From positions 30,692,001 through 30,756,000 of the forward strand of contig NC_087437.1 of NCBI RefSeq assembly GCF_036321535.1: 64,000 bases of DNA. Direction: 5' to 3'. The notes beneath the pieces were generated by a model. It saw only the letters and a list, made by a program, of their open reading frames with translations, was not told the DNA's origin and searched no databases. Positions within the stretch are counted from its first letter, which is position 1; every line of letters starts with the position of its first letter. Of this stretch, positions 52,436 through 64,000 are shown one piece after another. The stretch comes from Camelus dromedarius (taxonomy: Eukaryota). A program made the position numbers and the translations under genes.

Positions 52436-52704
52436 AGTTTTCTCCATTTTTAAACATTAGACCTAATATGGCGTTATCTTTCACAAATCAGGTGAGACAG
52501 AAAAGTGTCTCTGAGTTCAGCTTCTAAGTTTACAATGAGTGATGGACTTCACGGCCTATGTGACAGCACTTTCCTCGTCCTTTTCACACCTGGGTTCCTC
52601 TGATTTCTTAAACAGCACAGAGTAACAAGTGAAAGCCTGGGCTCCGAAGTGAAAGGAGGGAAGTCCAAGCGCCAGCTTTCTCCTCTACTCACTGTGATCC
52701 TGGG

Positions 52705-52835
52705 AAGGTTACAGGCAGGGCACCCAGTTAAATTTAAATTTCAGATAAACCATGAGTGATTTTTTTTTTTTTTTGGATACATGTGTCCCACACAGTATTT
52801 CCTGAATTTTTATTTGTTAGCATCTAACAGCCCAA
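52705..52835. mobile_element. MER53-like hAT MITE (internally deleted) within a MIR
   Basis: cagggcacccagttaaatttaaatttcagataaac...tcctgaatttttatttgttagcatctaacagccc. Confidence 0.7.
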
Positions 52836-55062
52836 CTGAGGGGGCCTCTCTAAGCCTCTGAGCCTAAATATCTTCTTCTGAAGCCTATTGTACCCACCCA
52901 CATCACAGGTACTCTGTAGAGTAAATGAGCTGGGATGGGCCAAGGGCCAACTCCCAGGACCTGCACAAATCAATCTTCAGTGGCTAGGAGTTAAGTGAAA
53001 GGCCATCCAATCATTGGTTTGCTATAACGTCACTTAATCAAGTCTCACGCTGAAGAGGTTCTACTCTATACTCTCCCCACACCGCAGGCTCACTAGTCAC
53101 GTGACTCTGAATCAAGACCAACTCAGGGTAAAAGCATGACATGTATCTGCCCCGGGACTGCGAAGTCCAACTAGAAAAGCTACCAGCCAAATGGGAGCCA
53201 CGTCACTTCATGAATCAATGATTATAAAAGGTACCGTTTACCAAAGACCACCACACAAACGTTCCTTTCTCTAAACTTTCATGAAACTTCCTCAAGGAGG
53301 TATATTAGGACTCATATCTTAAAGGTAAGAAAACATATTCAAGTTGGACAAGTTTGTTAGAACAAAGCTTCAAACCCAAGCCAACTCCAAATCCAGGCTC
53401 TTCCCACCGGCTCCATGCACCTCGGGTCACAGGAACCATCTGCAAGAGTTCAGACCGAACTTCACAATTCCCAGCTTTTCCCAGTTAGAGAATATGCCCA
53501 CACAGTGCCACAAGCTGTTAGGGCTTCTGGCATAGGAACACAGAGATGCTGAATAAGAAAAATAGTCCGTGAAATCTAAAATAATCCCCAATTACCCATT
53601 CAATTTTTAAAGCGTTTTCACAATTTTTGTCACAGATACAGAGTAGGACAACAGCTAGAGGAGAGCAGCAGAAACTTCACAGTGTAAGAGCCTCCGGGCG
53701 GTGCCCAGCCACGCCCTTCCACAGGCCCTGCCCCCGGCCCTCTGCTCAAAGCCCCCAGATAACTCAGTCAGAGGTGGAATTCACAGGAACTTTCACACAC
53801 AGCTGATGAATTGTAAATTGAGAGCATGAATTGTAACTAATTTAATGATATGTCATCAAGCAAGATGCAAGATATGTAAAAATATTCATATTTATTTTAG
53901 TCAATTATCATTACAGCTAGAAAGCTATCAAAGTGATCATCAGAAATATAAAAATCTATGTACATGGATATATCCTTAGTATTAGTTGTAACAACCAATG
54001 ACTGAACCTAAATGCCTGTCAACAAGGAAATGATTAAATAAAATATGTATTCATGCTTTGCAGTGTTATCTATCCATTAACAGTGTTTTGTTGTTGTTGT
54101 TGCTGCATTTATTTTTTTGTTGAAGTATACTTGATTTACAATGTTTCAGGTATACAGCATAGTGATTCAGTTATACATATATATTTTTTTCAGATTCTTT
54201 TCCATTATAGGTTATTACAAAATATTGAACACTATTCCCTGTGCTATACAGTAGGTCCTTGTTGTTTATCTATTTTATATATAGTAGAATATATCTGATT
54301 AATCCCAAATCCCTCCCCCACCCCATTCCCCTTTGGTAACTATAAATTTGTTGTCTGTGAGTCTCTACTTTGTAAATAAGTTCATTTGTATCATTTTTTA
54401 AGATTCCACATATAAGTGATATAAGATATTTGTCTTTCTCTGTCTGACTTACTTCACTTAGTATGATAATCTCTAGGTCCATCCATATTGCTGCAAATGG
54501 CATTATTTCATTATTTTTATGGCTGAGTAATATTCCACTGTGTGTGTGTGTACACGCACACATATAAATGTATATATACACACATACACACACACCACAT
54601 CTTTTTTTATCCATTCATCTGTTAATGGACATTTAGGTTGGTTCCACGTCTTGGCTATTGTAAACAGTGCTGCTATGAATATTGGAGTGCATGTATCTTT
54701 TCAAATTAGAGTTTTCTTCAGATATATGCCCAGGAATGGGATTGCTGGATCATACGGTATTTTTAGTTTTCTAAGGAAACTCCATACTGTCCTCCATAGT
54801 GGCTGCACCAATTTACATTGCCACCAACAGTGTAGAAGGGTTCCCCTTTCTCCACACCCTCTCTAGCATTCATTATTTGTAGACTTTTTGATGATGGCCA
54901 TTCTGACTGGTAAGGTGGTACTTTATTGTAGTTTTGATTTGCATTTCTCTAATAATTAGCAATGTTGAACATCTTTTCATGTGCCTGTTGGCCATCTGTA
55001 TGTCTTCTTTGGAGAAATGTCTATTTAGATCTTCTGCCCATTTTTGATTGGGTTGTTTTATT

Positions 55063-55076
55063 TATATATATATACA

Positions 55077-55159
<83 letters not shown>

Positions 55160-55175
55160 CGAGAGAGAGCGAGAG
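55063..55175. repeat. Compound microsatellite (TA)n(CA)n(GA)n inside the L1
   Basis: Directly visible dinucleotide runs. Confidence 0.95.
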
Positions 55176-56078
55176 CACGCAAGCATGTGCTGTATACGCT
55201 GTTTATATATTTTGGAAATTAAGCTCCCGTCAATCACATCATTTGCAAATATTTTCTCCTATTCTGTATGTTGTCTTTTCATTTTGTTTATGGATTCCTT
55301 AGCTGTACAGAAGATTTTAAGTTTAATTAGATCCCATTTGTTTATTTTTGCTTCTGTTTCTGTTACTCTAGGAGATAGATCCAAAAAAATATTGCTGCAA
55401 TCTATGTCAAAGAGTGTTCTGCCTATGTTTTCTTCTAGGAGTTTTATAGTATCCAATCTTGCTTTTAGGTCTTTATGCTATTTTGAGTTTATTTTTGTAT
55501 GTAGTGTTAGAGAACATGCTAATTTCATTCTTTTAATGTAACTGTCCAATTTTCCCAGCACCACTTATCTTCTCCCCATTGTTTATTCTTGCCTCCTTTG
55601 TCATAGATTAATTGACCATGAGTGAATGGGTTGATTTCTAGGTTTTCTATCCTGTTCCATTGATCAATGTGTCTGTTTTGTGCCAGTACCATACTGTTTT
55701 GATTACTGTATCTCTGTAGTGTAGTCTGAAATCAGGGCTTATGATTCCTCCAGCTCCATTCTTCTTTCTCAAGATTATTTTTGCTATTTGAGGTCTTTTG
55801 TGTTTCCATACAAAATTTAAAATTTTTTGTTCTAGTTCTGTAAAAAAATTCCATTGGTAATTTAATAGGGATTGCATTATATCTGTAGGTTGCCTTGGGT
55901 AGTATGGTCATTTTAACAATACTGATTCTTCCAATCCAAGAACACAGTGTATCTTTCCATCTGTATGATCTTCAGTTTCTTTCATCAGCATCTTGTAGTT
56001 TTCCAAGTACAGATCTTTTGCCTCCTTAGGTAGGTTTATTTTTAGGTATTTTATTCTTTTTGATACAATATTAAATGG

Positions 56079-56229
56079 AGGGGGGGTGCATATAGCTCAG
56101 TGGTAGAGTGTGTGCTTAGCATGCATGAGGTCCTGGGTTCAATCCCCAGTACCTTCATTAAAAATAAACCAACCTAATTACCACCCCCCCAAAAAAAAAC
56201 CCTAAAAATAATATAAATAAATTTTTTAA
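56079..56229 (+). mobile_element. Vic-1-type SINE nested in the minus-strand L1
   Basis: tatagctcagtggtagag...gcttagcatgcatgaggtcctgggttcaatccccagtacc. TSD aata(t/g)taaatgg at 56067-56078 and 56230-56241. Confidence 0.92.
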
Positions 56230-56989
56230 AATAGTAAATGGGATTGCTTTCTTAATTTCTCTTTCTGATATTTTGTTGTTAGGGTATAGAAATACAACAG
56301 ATTTCTGTATATTAATTTGTATCCTGCAACTTAACTGAATTCACTGATGAGCTCTAGTAGTTTTCAGATAGCGTCTTTAAGGATTTTCTATGTATAGTAC
56401 TATATCACCTGCAAACAATGACAGTTTCACTTTCTCCTTTCCAATCTAGATTCCTTTTCTTTTTCTCTTCTGACTGCTGTGGCTAGAACTTCCAATATTA
56501 TGTTGAATAAAAGTCCAAGAGTGGACATTCTTACCTTCTTCTTGATCTTAGAGGAAATGCTTTCAGCTTTTCACCATTGAGTACAATGTTAGCTGTGAGT
56601 TGGTCTTATATGGCCTTTATTATGTTGAAGTATGGTCCCTTTATGTAACAACGTTTTTAAAGATACTAGAGAATTACCTAGAGAATGTTTGACAATCGAT
56701 GTCAAAAAAGGATCCAAATTAAATACACCATGTGAGTTTAATCAGGTAAAATATATGCATATAGAAACACAGAATAAAGGACTAGAAAAATGTGGAAAAG
56801 ATTAATAATGGGATCTCCAGATGTTCTTATTTTCTTCTGAAATTTAACTACATTTTAATTTTTTAGAACCAGCATTTCTTTCTTTCAGTCAGAAGAAAAC
56901 AACATTTTTTAAAGTGTAGCCAGTTTGGTAACACTCAGCTAGAGACTAGATAATCCCTTCCCACTGGTGTGTTTAAACGATGGAGAACT

Positions 56990-57225
56990 TGAAGGATCAC
57001 TAACATTTCTGGAGCACTATGTTTCAGACACTAGCACTGTATATACCTTATTTAATTCTTTCAAAGCCCCGTGAGTGAATTTGGTATAATCCTTTCTCTA
57101 GCTTCAGATGTGGAAACCGAGGCAAAGATCAAATGAGTAACCTTCCCTGAGCTGGGACAAAAAATAAGCGATTGACATAGGCTTGGAATGCCCATGGTCT
57201 GTCCCCAGGGCCAATACTCTCCACC
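56990..57225 (-). mobile_element. MIR SINE
   Basis: taacatttctggagcactatg...cagatgtggaaaccgaggc...gagtaacctt. Confidence 0.7.
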
Positions 57226-60200
57226 AGGTAAGTTAGCACAGACATCTTGAGCATGTCACTTACACTCTGCTATCTGTTGTTTCATCTGAAAGCCTCATGG
57301 ATCAATAAATAGTTACTGAAGCTTAATTCGTTTTAGGAAATTTCACTGTTCACTCAACTACAGAGGAAACCCAATATCCCCAAAGTAAGTCATACAGAAA
57401 AATCACCAACGTGACTACAAACACATGTAACTCCAACAAGAATCCGACACGTACATACAAAGCTGAAGAGCTAGATGAGGGACACTCCCAAGTGGATGCA
57501 TCAAGGAGATGCTCCCAGTATGCGCAAGCACATTGGCTGCCATTAAACAGAGAGTACGGACCACTGCAGCATTGTCCTGTCTCAGGGCCCCTGCTTAGCC
57601 CAGAGCCATTCCACGTCATTTTAGAGACACTGGGCCCCAGTCCATCAAACTCCCGTGAACTTTCAGGACCAACTGTTCTCAACTAGCTGTCCTGAGCCAC
57701 ATCTGGCTATGAAGGAGAGTCAGCACCATTCTAAATTACTTGGCCTATGTGAATTTATAGAGACTTAAAAAAAAAAAAGTAGCTAACTAAAGGGTAGAGA
57801 CTTTAGCCTCTGAGTGTCTATTAATCTACAAGGCAGCACTGAAAATCCCTTCTCAGTTTATATTTACAATGGACTCAACTCACTAGATTAAAGCTGCTGC
57901 AGTCACTGCAAATTTGGAGTTAAATGGATTAAAAAGAGTCGAGTTCATACATCAATTCTAACAGACCAGCACAGTACACGTCTGCAGCCTATTCATCACC
58001 AGTGCATTTGAGGAAATCGCCATTATGTCAGGCTCAGAAACCCCTGCCAGGACTATGCTTTAAAAAAAAACCTGCAACTTTTGCATCAAGTCCCATGGAA
58101 CAAAGTGAAACACTACCATGAGTTATTTTCAAAGGAAAAGTCAAGGCACGCAGGGACAAAGGTGCATGCAAATTACCTATATGCTCAACAGCAGTAATAA
58201 CGATAATCTCGTATTCTTCCTGCATACCATGCATTTGTGCTTAACGTATTATTAACGATTAATAATTAATCGCTAGGCAACAGAGTATAACCAAAAATTT
58301 CAATCGCAAACCCTGTAGACAACAAAAACTTCAACTGAGAGCAGAGGAAGACCTGGAGGTTTCCATCCAGTGTCTGCCCACCCAAATGAGAATCGCAGAA
58401 ACAAGGGTTTTATTTAGATGGCGGGCTTAACATGACTGTTTACTCATCACTGAAGAGAAAAACTATACATCCTAACGGTACAGAACACGTTTCATAGATC
58501 ACACACGCTTGCCAAATAAACCAGCTCGGACTTCCCCTACTTTAAGAAGCTGACGTATCAGTGGCAGTAACTGTTAGGCATCGTTAAACGTCCGCATTCC
58601 AAGACAAACTGAGGATTACCCGTATTTAACGTTGTTATGTTCCACAGGAAAGAGATGAGCTGCCCTTTAGCCCAACTGATTCTTCGAAATGATGCCTCCT
58701 TGATGATTTATTGATCTCCCCTTCAAGATTCTTGGCTTTGAAATAAAATTCTCATTTTTTTTTGAAAGGCTTGACTATCTGTCACATCACTTTAAGTTTT
58801 ATAGGTTAGCATAAAAATTTACAGGCACCATCAGTGTCAGTTTGATGCCGATATCAATATAATTCAAAATAAAATCCGTGGTAGGCTCAGAGCCTGATTT
58901 CAGCTTGAGTTATCCATGAAAACAACTGGGATCTCATGGGCAAGATTTTATTCACAGGCCCTGTAAGAAACCCAAGAGCTGGCAGCCAGCAATCGCGTAC
59001 AGCACTTGAACTGCTTTTGGTAGAGGCTCGGGAGATGTGAAATTCCAACTGACATTTGGATTTCATGAACTCATGTCCAGATTATATAAATAAAGTTACC
59101 CAGATTTTATAAATCAGCATCAACTGTTTGGATAGCTACCATCAGTTCTGATCAGTGTTAATTACAACATTAACAGAGGGGAATTAACCAGAGACAGGTA
59201 GGCACACGGGAACTGTGAATGGTTGTTGACAATGACGTATATTAAAACAAGTATCTACCCTGAGGGCTGAAGCTTTCATTAAATTCTCAAGACTTCAGTA
59301 GTGACATATTCAAACTCCCCCACAGCACTCGGGAGGCACTTGTACCCTTGAACAGAGAAGCCCCTTTACTTCTCCCCTAGGAGGAGGAGCTGGACAGCTG
59401 TAGTGTACAAGTCTGGAAGAAACCCTAACAGCCTGAACTCTCCAGCTAAAGGAGGGCTGTTTTCTTACATAATAACCAATGTTTGTGCGTATCTAGTATT
59501 TTAATAGAGGAAGTTTTACCATGCTTTAAACTGACATCTCTGGGTCTAATAAAAGATAAATGATATAACCTGCCTGGCCTGGTTTAGAGGGATTACAGTG
59601 TATGCATCCAAGTGGGAGGAGGCACACATGGTCATCATAATGCAGACCCCCTTATCTGGTGAGACTGAGCCCCAAACATCACATATACAGACTGGTCCCA
59701 TGAGGACAGCAAACAGAGAGATAACCATGAGGAGAGAGGGGAGGGGAGAAGCGGAGGAGATTCTAGATTATGAAGTGACCTCCTTCTAAACAAAGCTCTC
59801 CTGAGTACAAGGATTGAGAGCAATTCAGATCCCCAGAACACGGAGCCTGCAGCCACATCCCTGTCAAGTTTCTCACAGGCCAGCCCAGGCCAAGGCTTGG
59901 CTAAGGAAGGGCGAGATTCCAAGGCTCCTTTGGCACAGCGAGGTCACCCCAGCCCCAGCCGGGTTCAAGGCTGCTGGCCTCTGCATAGCTGACCAGAGAC
60001 TCTCCCAAGAACAGGAAGCAGGGAGGGTGAGATGGACTGTAAACCCCCTGGCAGGCAGGAGAAGAGATGCCCTCCTCTGGAAACTCAGCCTGGCCTGTCT
60101 CAGGTGGACGTTTAAATAACACAGCATGGCCTCCAGGGAAAGGATGAACTTACATGACCAGGGAGAGAGCCATCCCCCCTCTTTCTGAAAGAAAACCAGG

Positions 60201-60524
60201 ACGAGAGGGTACCAACTCCTCCAGTAACAGTTCTCGTCACGTCACAGCACACCGTATCATCCCCACAGTCTAAATTCCCACCCAGATTACTCCACAGAAA
60301 TGAAAAACCGACTGCTTTCTCTTTCTGATGAAACAGAAAGTGTTCTCCACAACTTCAACAGTGCATTTTTTTAACACGTGTTAATATTTTGCCATCTCTC
60401 TTCCCCAAGTTGGATAGTTTTACTTCTTTAGTCTTTCTCCGTATCTTATTTTTCTCAACAGCAATCCTGCCTCATTCATTTTTTTCTGCATAATGGCCAT
60501 GCTAACAGGTAGAGGGGACATGGC

Positions 60525-60645
60525 ACCAGGAGGACCAGAATGTAAGCTCCCTGAGAGTAGAAATGGTGAATGCCTTGTTCACTGATGCACCCCCGGGGCC
60601 TGGAATGACCGGGCCAGTAGTGAGCACCGAGACGGTCTGAGCAGA
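60525..60645 (+). mobile_element. L2 3' terminus
   Basis: ccagaatgtaagctccctgagagtaga...ccttgttcactgatgcacccccggggcctggaa. Confidence 0.7.
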
Positions 60646-61109
60646 AAGACCCACCCAAGCACGGGCCCTAAGGGTCCAGATAGTCCTCCGATTCCCAGGC
60701 CGACACTGGGAGTAAAGCAAAACCTAGACCCCAAAGAATGGCAGAAGGACTCCAAGAGAGGGGAGTGTGAGGAAAACCAGTTGCTGGAATCATGAAACAC
60801 AGTAAGTGTGAATGAAGGAATGACCACAGGCAGCCTGCTCTCTATAAATATGGAAGAAGATTAATATAGGAACTATTCAGAGGCAGTTCCCTTGAGACCA
60901 AAATTATCCACTTACTTAAGTTTCCCAAATAGCCTTCTAGTTAACACTTTACCCCAGGAATTTAAAATCAAAGAGAGTGAGTCATGGTACTAAAAAGAGG
61001 GCAGAGTCCCTTAGGAGAAAAACAGGAAGGTCAGGCCAAGCCCAAACCCAGAAATAATTAAGCGCAGTGCGGGGAGAGTTGCAGGTATGGGGCAGTTGAA
61101 GGCGCATGA

Positions 61110-61270
61110 CAGCCATTGGATATGGGATCAAAAAGACCTGAGTTCAAATCCTGGCTCCGCAATCTGAGCCAATGTATTTTAAGTCCCTAAGCCTCAGTTT
61201 TCCCATCTCCAGCAGTACCTACAGTGACAGATGCAGAAGTTCCTAGCCTAGTACAGGACTCTAAGCAGGA
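61110..61270 (+). mobile_element. MIR SINE
   Basis: agacctgagttcaaatcctggctcc...ctaagcctcagttttcccatct. Confidence 0.75.
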
Positions 61271-61534
61271 CCAGCATGAAATGAAAATATGGGGCTTTTT
61301 CCTCCCAAAAAAATAATTTCCAGAGGGCCTTCTAAGGTACAGATCACACACATGAGAAGCTGGCCCTCACCCTAAGAACATGGCAGATTGTATAATGCTG
61401 TAACATTTTCTCCATCTTTGCTACTCTCTTTCTCCCAGGTCTGTTTCCCTGTAGATATCAGTTGAGAAAAAAAAAAAATTCTTTTCAAAAATAAAGAACC
61501 TCAAAAGAAAATTAAAGGGCCTTACCAACGTTAA

Positions 61535-61830
61535 ATTTACTTAGGTTGATAATCATACCCTGCTTATATAAGAGAATGTCCCTATTTCCAGGAAATTCAC
61601 ACTGAGGTGTTTAGGGGCAAAGAGCTATGAGGTACGCAACTTATTCTCAAATTATTCAGAAAAAATAAGTGTGGGGGGTGGAGAGAGAGAGGATGCGCAA
61701 ATATACAATGATGAGGCCAATCGGGTAAAGTTAAGGTAAGTAAATCTGGGTAAAGGACGTACGGTGGTTCTCTGTTGCACTCTTGGTCTTGCAACTTCCC
61801 TACGAGGATAAAACTATTTCCAAAGGAAAC
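61535..61830 (+). mobile_element. L1MC4/5-like 3'UTR
   Basis: gagaatgtccctattt..aggaaattcacactgaggtgtttaggggcaaag...gcaacttattctcaaa...aatctgggtaaagg. Confidence 0.75.
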
Positions 61831-64000
61831 GCTAACCTAAAGTTTCCATGTAAGCTGCAGGGGCGAAAAGAGGAAACAAGAAGTTAACAGCAAATATAGG
61901 CAAGATTGTATGCCCTGTTTAGACAGGGGCCATTTCTACTTTGTTAACTGCTAAATCCCCAGCACAGAACCGAGGTCAAGACATATTTAAGGCAGGAAGG
62001 AGAAAAGGGAGCAGCATCCCGTGTTCAAACTGGCGCAGGGAATAAGGACCCGGAGCAGGGACAAATGACTGATCGTCACACCAGTGCTTGGCAGTCAGCG
62101 AGCTGCCTCTGTTTAGAATGAGACCAAGTAATCTTGTGAACATGGACACACAGTGTGACACGATACAACCACACATTGCACTACGCTGCCCAAGGCCTTG
62201 GTCCTCACCACTTACTAGGAGTTTGGTTAGACCCTGCTGGGGCCCACCAGTTACCCTTTCCAGATCTCAGAGTCCTCACTGATAAAATGTAGGCGTTACT
62301 AATTCATCCACCAAGTACTCACGGGACATCTCCCAAATGCCAGGCCCTTAAGTCATGTTCCCTGTTCTCTACAGCTTCCATTGTAGAAGGAATCTCACAT
62401 TAAATAATTTCTCAAGGTCCTTGAGGTCTTTTCCAGCCCCGAAAATTCTGTGCAAAAACTGAGGCTTTTTACTTCAAAAATAAGAGTGATCATTATAGGA
62501 TAACCTCTCTCTAAAGTACTCATAAGCAAATGCATCCTCTCTCAAAGGTGAAAATATATTCGAGATGCCCTATGTTTCTTAACTTAGAAAAAAAAAATCT
62601 GTACACACAGGCAGTAAAATGCTTCAGAGCAGATATAATTAAGCCTCCTGCCAAAAATCAGGTTGATTTTAGTTGCCAAAATTCTCGTTCCTTGGCAAGT
62701 TATACAAATAGCAAGAATTCTGAAAATCTAACAGAGCTCTGTAGCTAGAAAAAAACATGATAAAGGTAGAAACACTTTTTCAAAAGCAATAAATTTATCA
62801 ATGAGAGAAATAACTTTGAAGTACAGATTAATGATTAGTATTAAAATTATAACATCAAATATATTTTAATTTTCTGCTTCATCAGCCCCCCTCCTTCACA
62901 GTCCGCTAGCACAAAGATGGTTACAAAGGCTAATTTTGTTAAAGACCTTGGAGAAAAGAGGAAAGAATTGCTCCTTCTTGAATACTAAAGATGATCAAAT
63001 AGGAAACCAGTAACATTTTAGCATCTTATATAAGTTAATCTAATTTAGAAATAATTTAGGACTGTGATTTATGCAAAACTTATTATCTAGCCAAGAAAAA
63101 AATCTTGTATTACTGGTATCAGAAACATGGTACCTACAGTTGCCAGATAGGACACATCAACACAGATTTACATAATTTAGGAGAAATGGTAAGGGAAAGG
63201 GGATCAAAAACTATCAAAAGGATCAAAGCAAGAGGCAAATGAGAGTATTATTTTCCAGACGGGTTCTCGGGAGCTAAAACAGGTGCACACATCTATGAAA
63301 GACGGTCTTAATCACAGGCTGCAAGTTGAGACACTGAGATTGAGTATTTGTCCTTGAAAAACCACTATTCTCCTGCCACTGACATAATTCACAAAGATCT
63401 AGACACTCTTACTATTTCTCAGTAGACGCAAAGAGGGACCGCTTTAAAGAGTTAACTTCCACAGCTAAAGGCTATTCATCTGTGGTTTTGCAGAGCAGCA
63501 GCTTTAAAAGTTTCACCCTGAGAAATGACAAATGTTCTAAGTGTCCTTTGGAATCATGGAGTCAACACCTTACCAGACAGTAAGTTACCAGATAGTGAAA
63601 TCATCATTTGATCTAAATGCTACATAGATTACGTTAATCTATTTGTCAAGTTCAGCACCTGGTTCCCCACGGAGAGTTAATAACCATTTATTGGCCATGA
63701 AGACACAAAAAAGTCATTTGGGTGCCACCAGGTGGGGAGAGCCCTGTCTTACAGAGCCCCGCTGCCCTCGGTGATGGAGAAACCAGGGTGACACTCAGGA
63801 TCCCCAGCCCTCCGGCAGCTCTGCAATGAACACTTGGCACTCACCTGGCCAACACGCAGAGGCTTTGCTATATTTTCTTGTAAAACTGCTTTTTTGTCAC
63901 AATATTCCAATACAATAAAGCTGTAACCATTTCCAATAATCAGAAAATGCAGAGATTTGAGCTTTATTCCACAGAAAATCCACTTAACCTTTCATAATAC

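Larger units (their letters stand above)
54090..56645 (-). mobile_element. 5'-truncated L1 (ORF2 end plus 3'UTR) inserted in an older L1ME
   Basis: ORFs 55259-55456 ([11 protein letters not shown]) and 55647-55877. Degenerate TSD taacagtgtttt (54078-54089) / taacaacgtttt (56646-56657). L1ME-like text flanks both sides. Confidence 0.92.

Noticed and set aside
55044..55541. 165-aa ORF with HT/RE repeats (and similar ORFs at 32140-32397)
   Set aside because: Translation of dinucleotide microsatellites and antisense L1.
58256..58272. Inverted repeat cgattaat-a-attaatcg
   Set aside because: An 8-bp AT-rich arm is expected by chance in 64 kb, with no supporting context.
47951..64000. Upstream alternative PLCH1 exon(s) or a CpG-island promoter
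   Set aside because: I recognised no convincing exon or CpG island by eye. They probably lie beyond the window, although a short non-coding exon could have been missed.

Overview
This is mammalian genomic DNA, very probably from a camelid (camel, alpaca or llama). It carries three Vic-1-type tRNA-Ala-derived SINEs and camelid-type L1 3' ends. The window lies in the PLCH1 (phospholipase C eta 1) locus on the minus strand. The only protein-coding sequence I can support is a 43-nt first coding exon at 47268-47226 (MADLEVYKNLSPEK + G, donor G|GTAAGA), which is too short for the ORF track. The rest is intron or upstream sequence dense in repeats: L1, L2, MIR, ERVL/MaLR and ERV1 LTRs, and Tigger/hAT MITEs. 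I found no novel multi-gene system. The most interesting signals are (i) the regulatory layout of the PLCH1 exon, with a competing consensus 5' splice site 26 nt downstream and two uORFs, one overlapping the start codon; (ii) several atypical retrotransposition products resolved by their target-site duplications (TSDs), including an old L1MC piece inside a young L1, a SINE with extra 3' sequence, multiple twin-primed inversions, a young/old L1 chimera and inverted same-family LTRs; and (iii) a switch in young-L1 orientation across the exon. Repeat family names come from my recall of consensus sequences, not from a search. Boundaries of old repeats are approximate.
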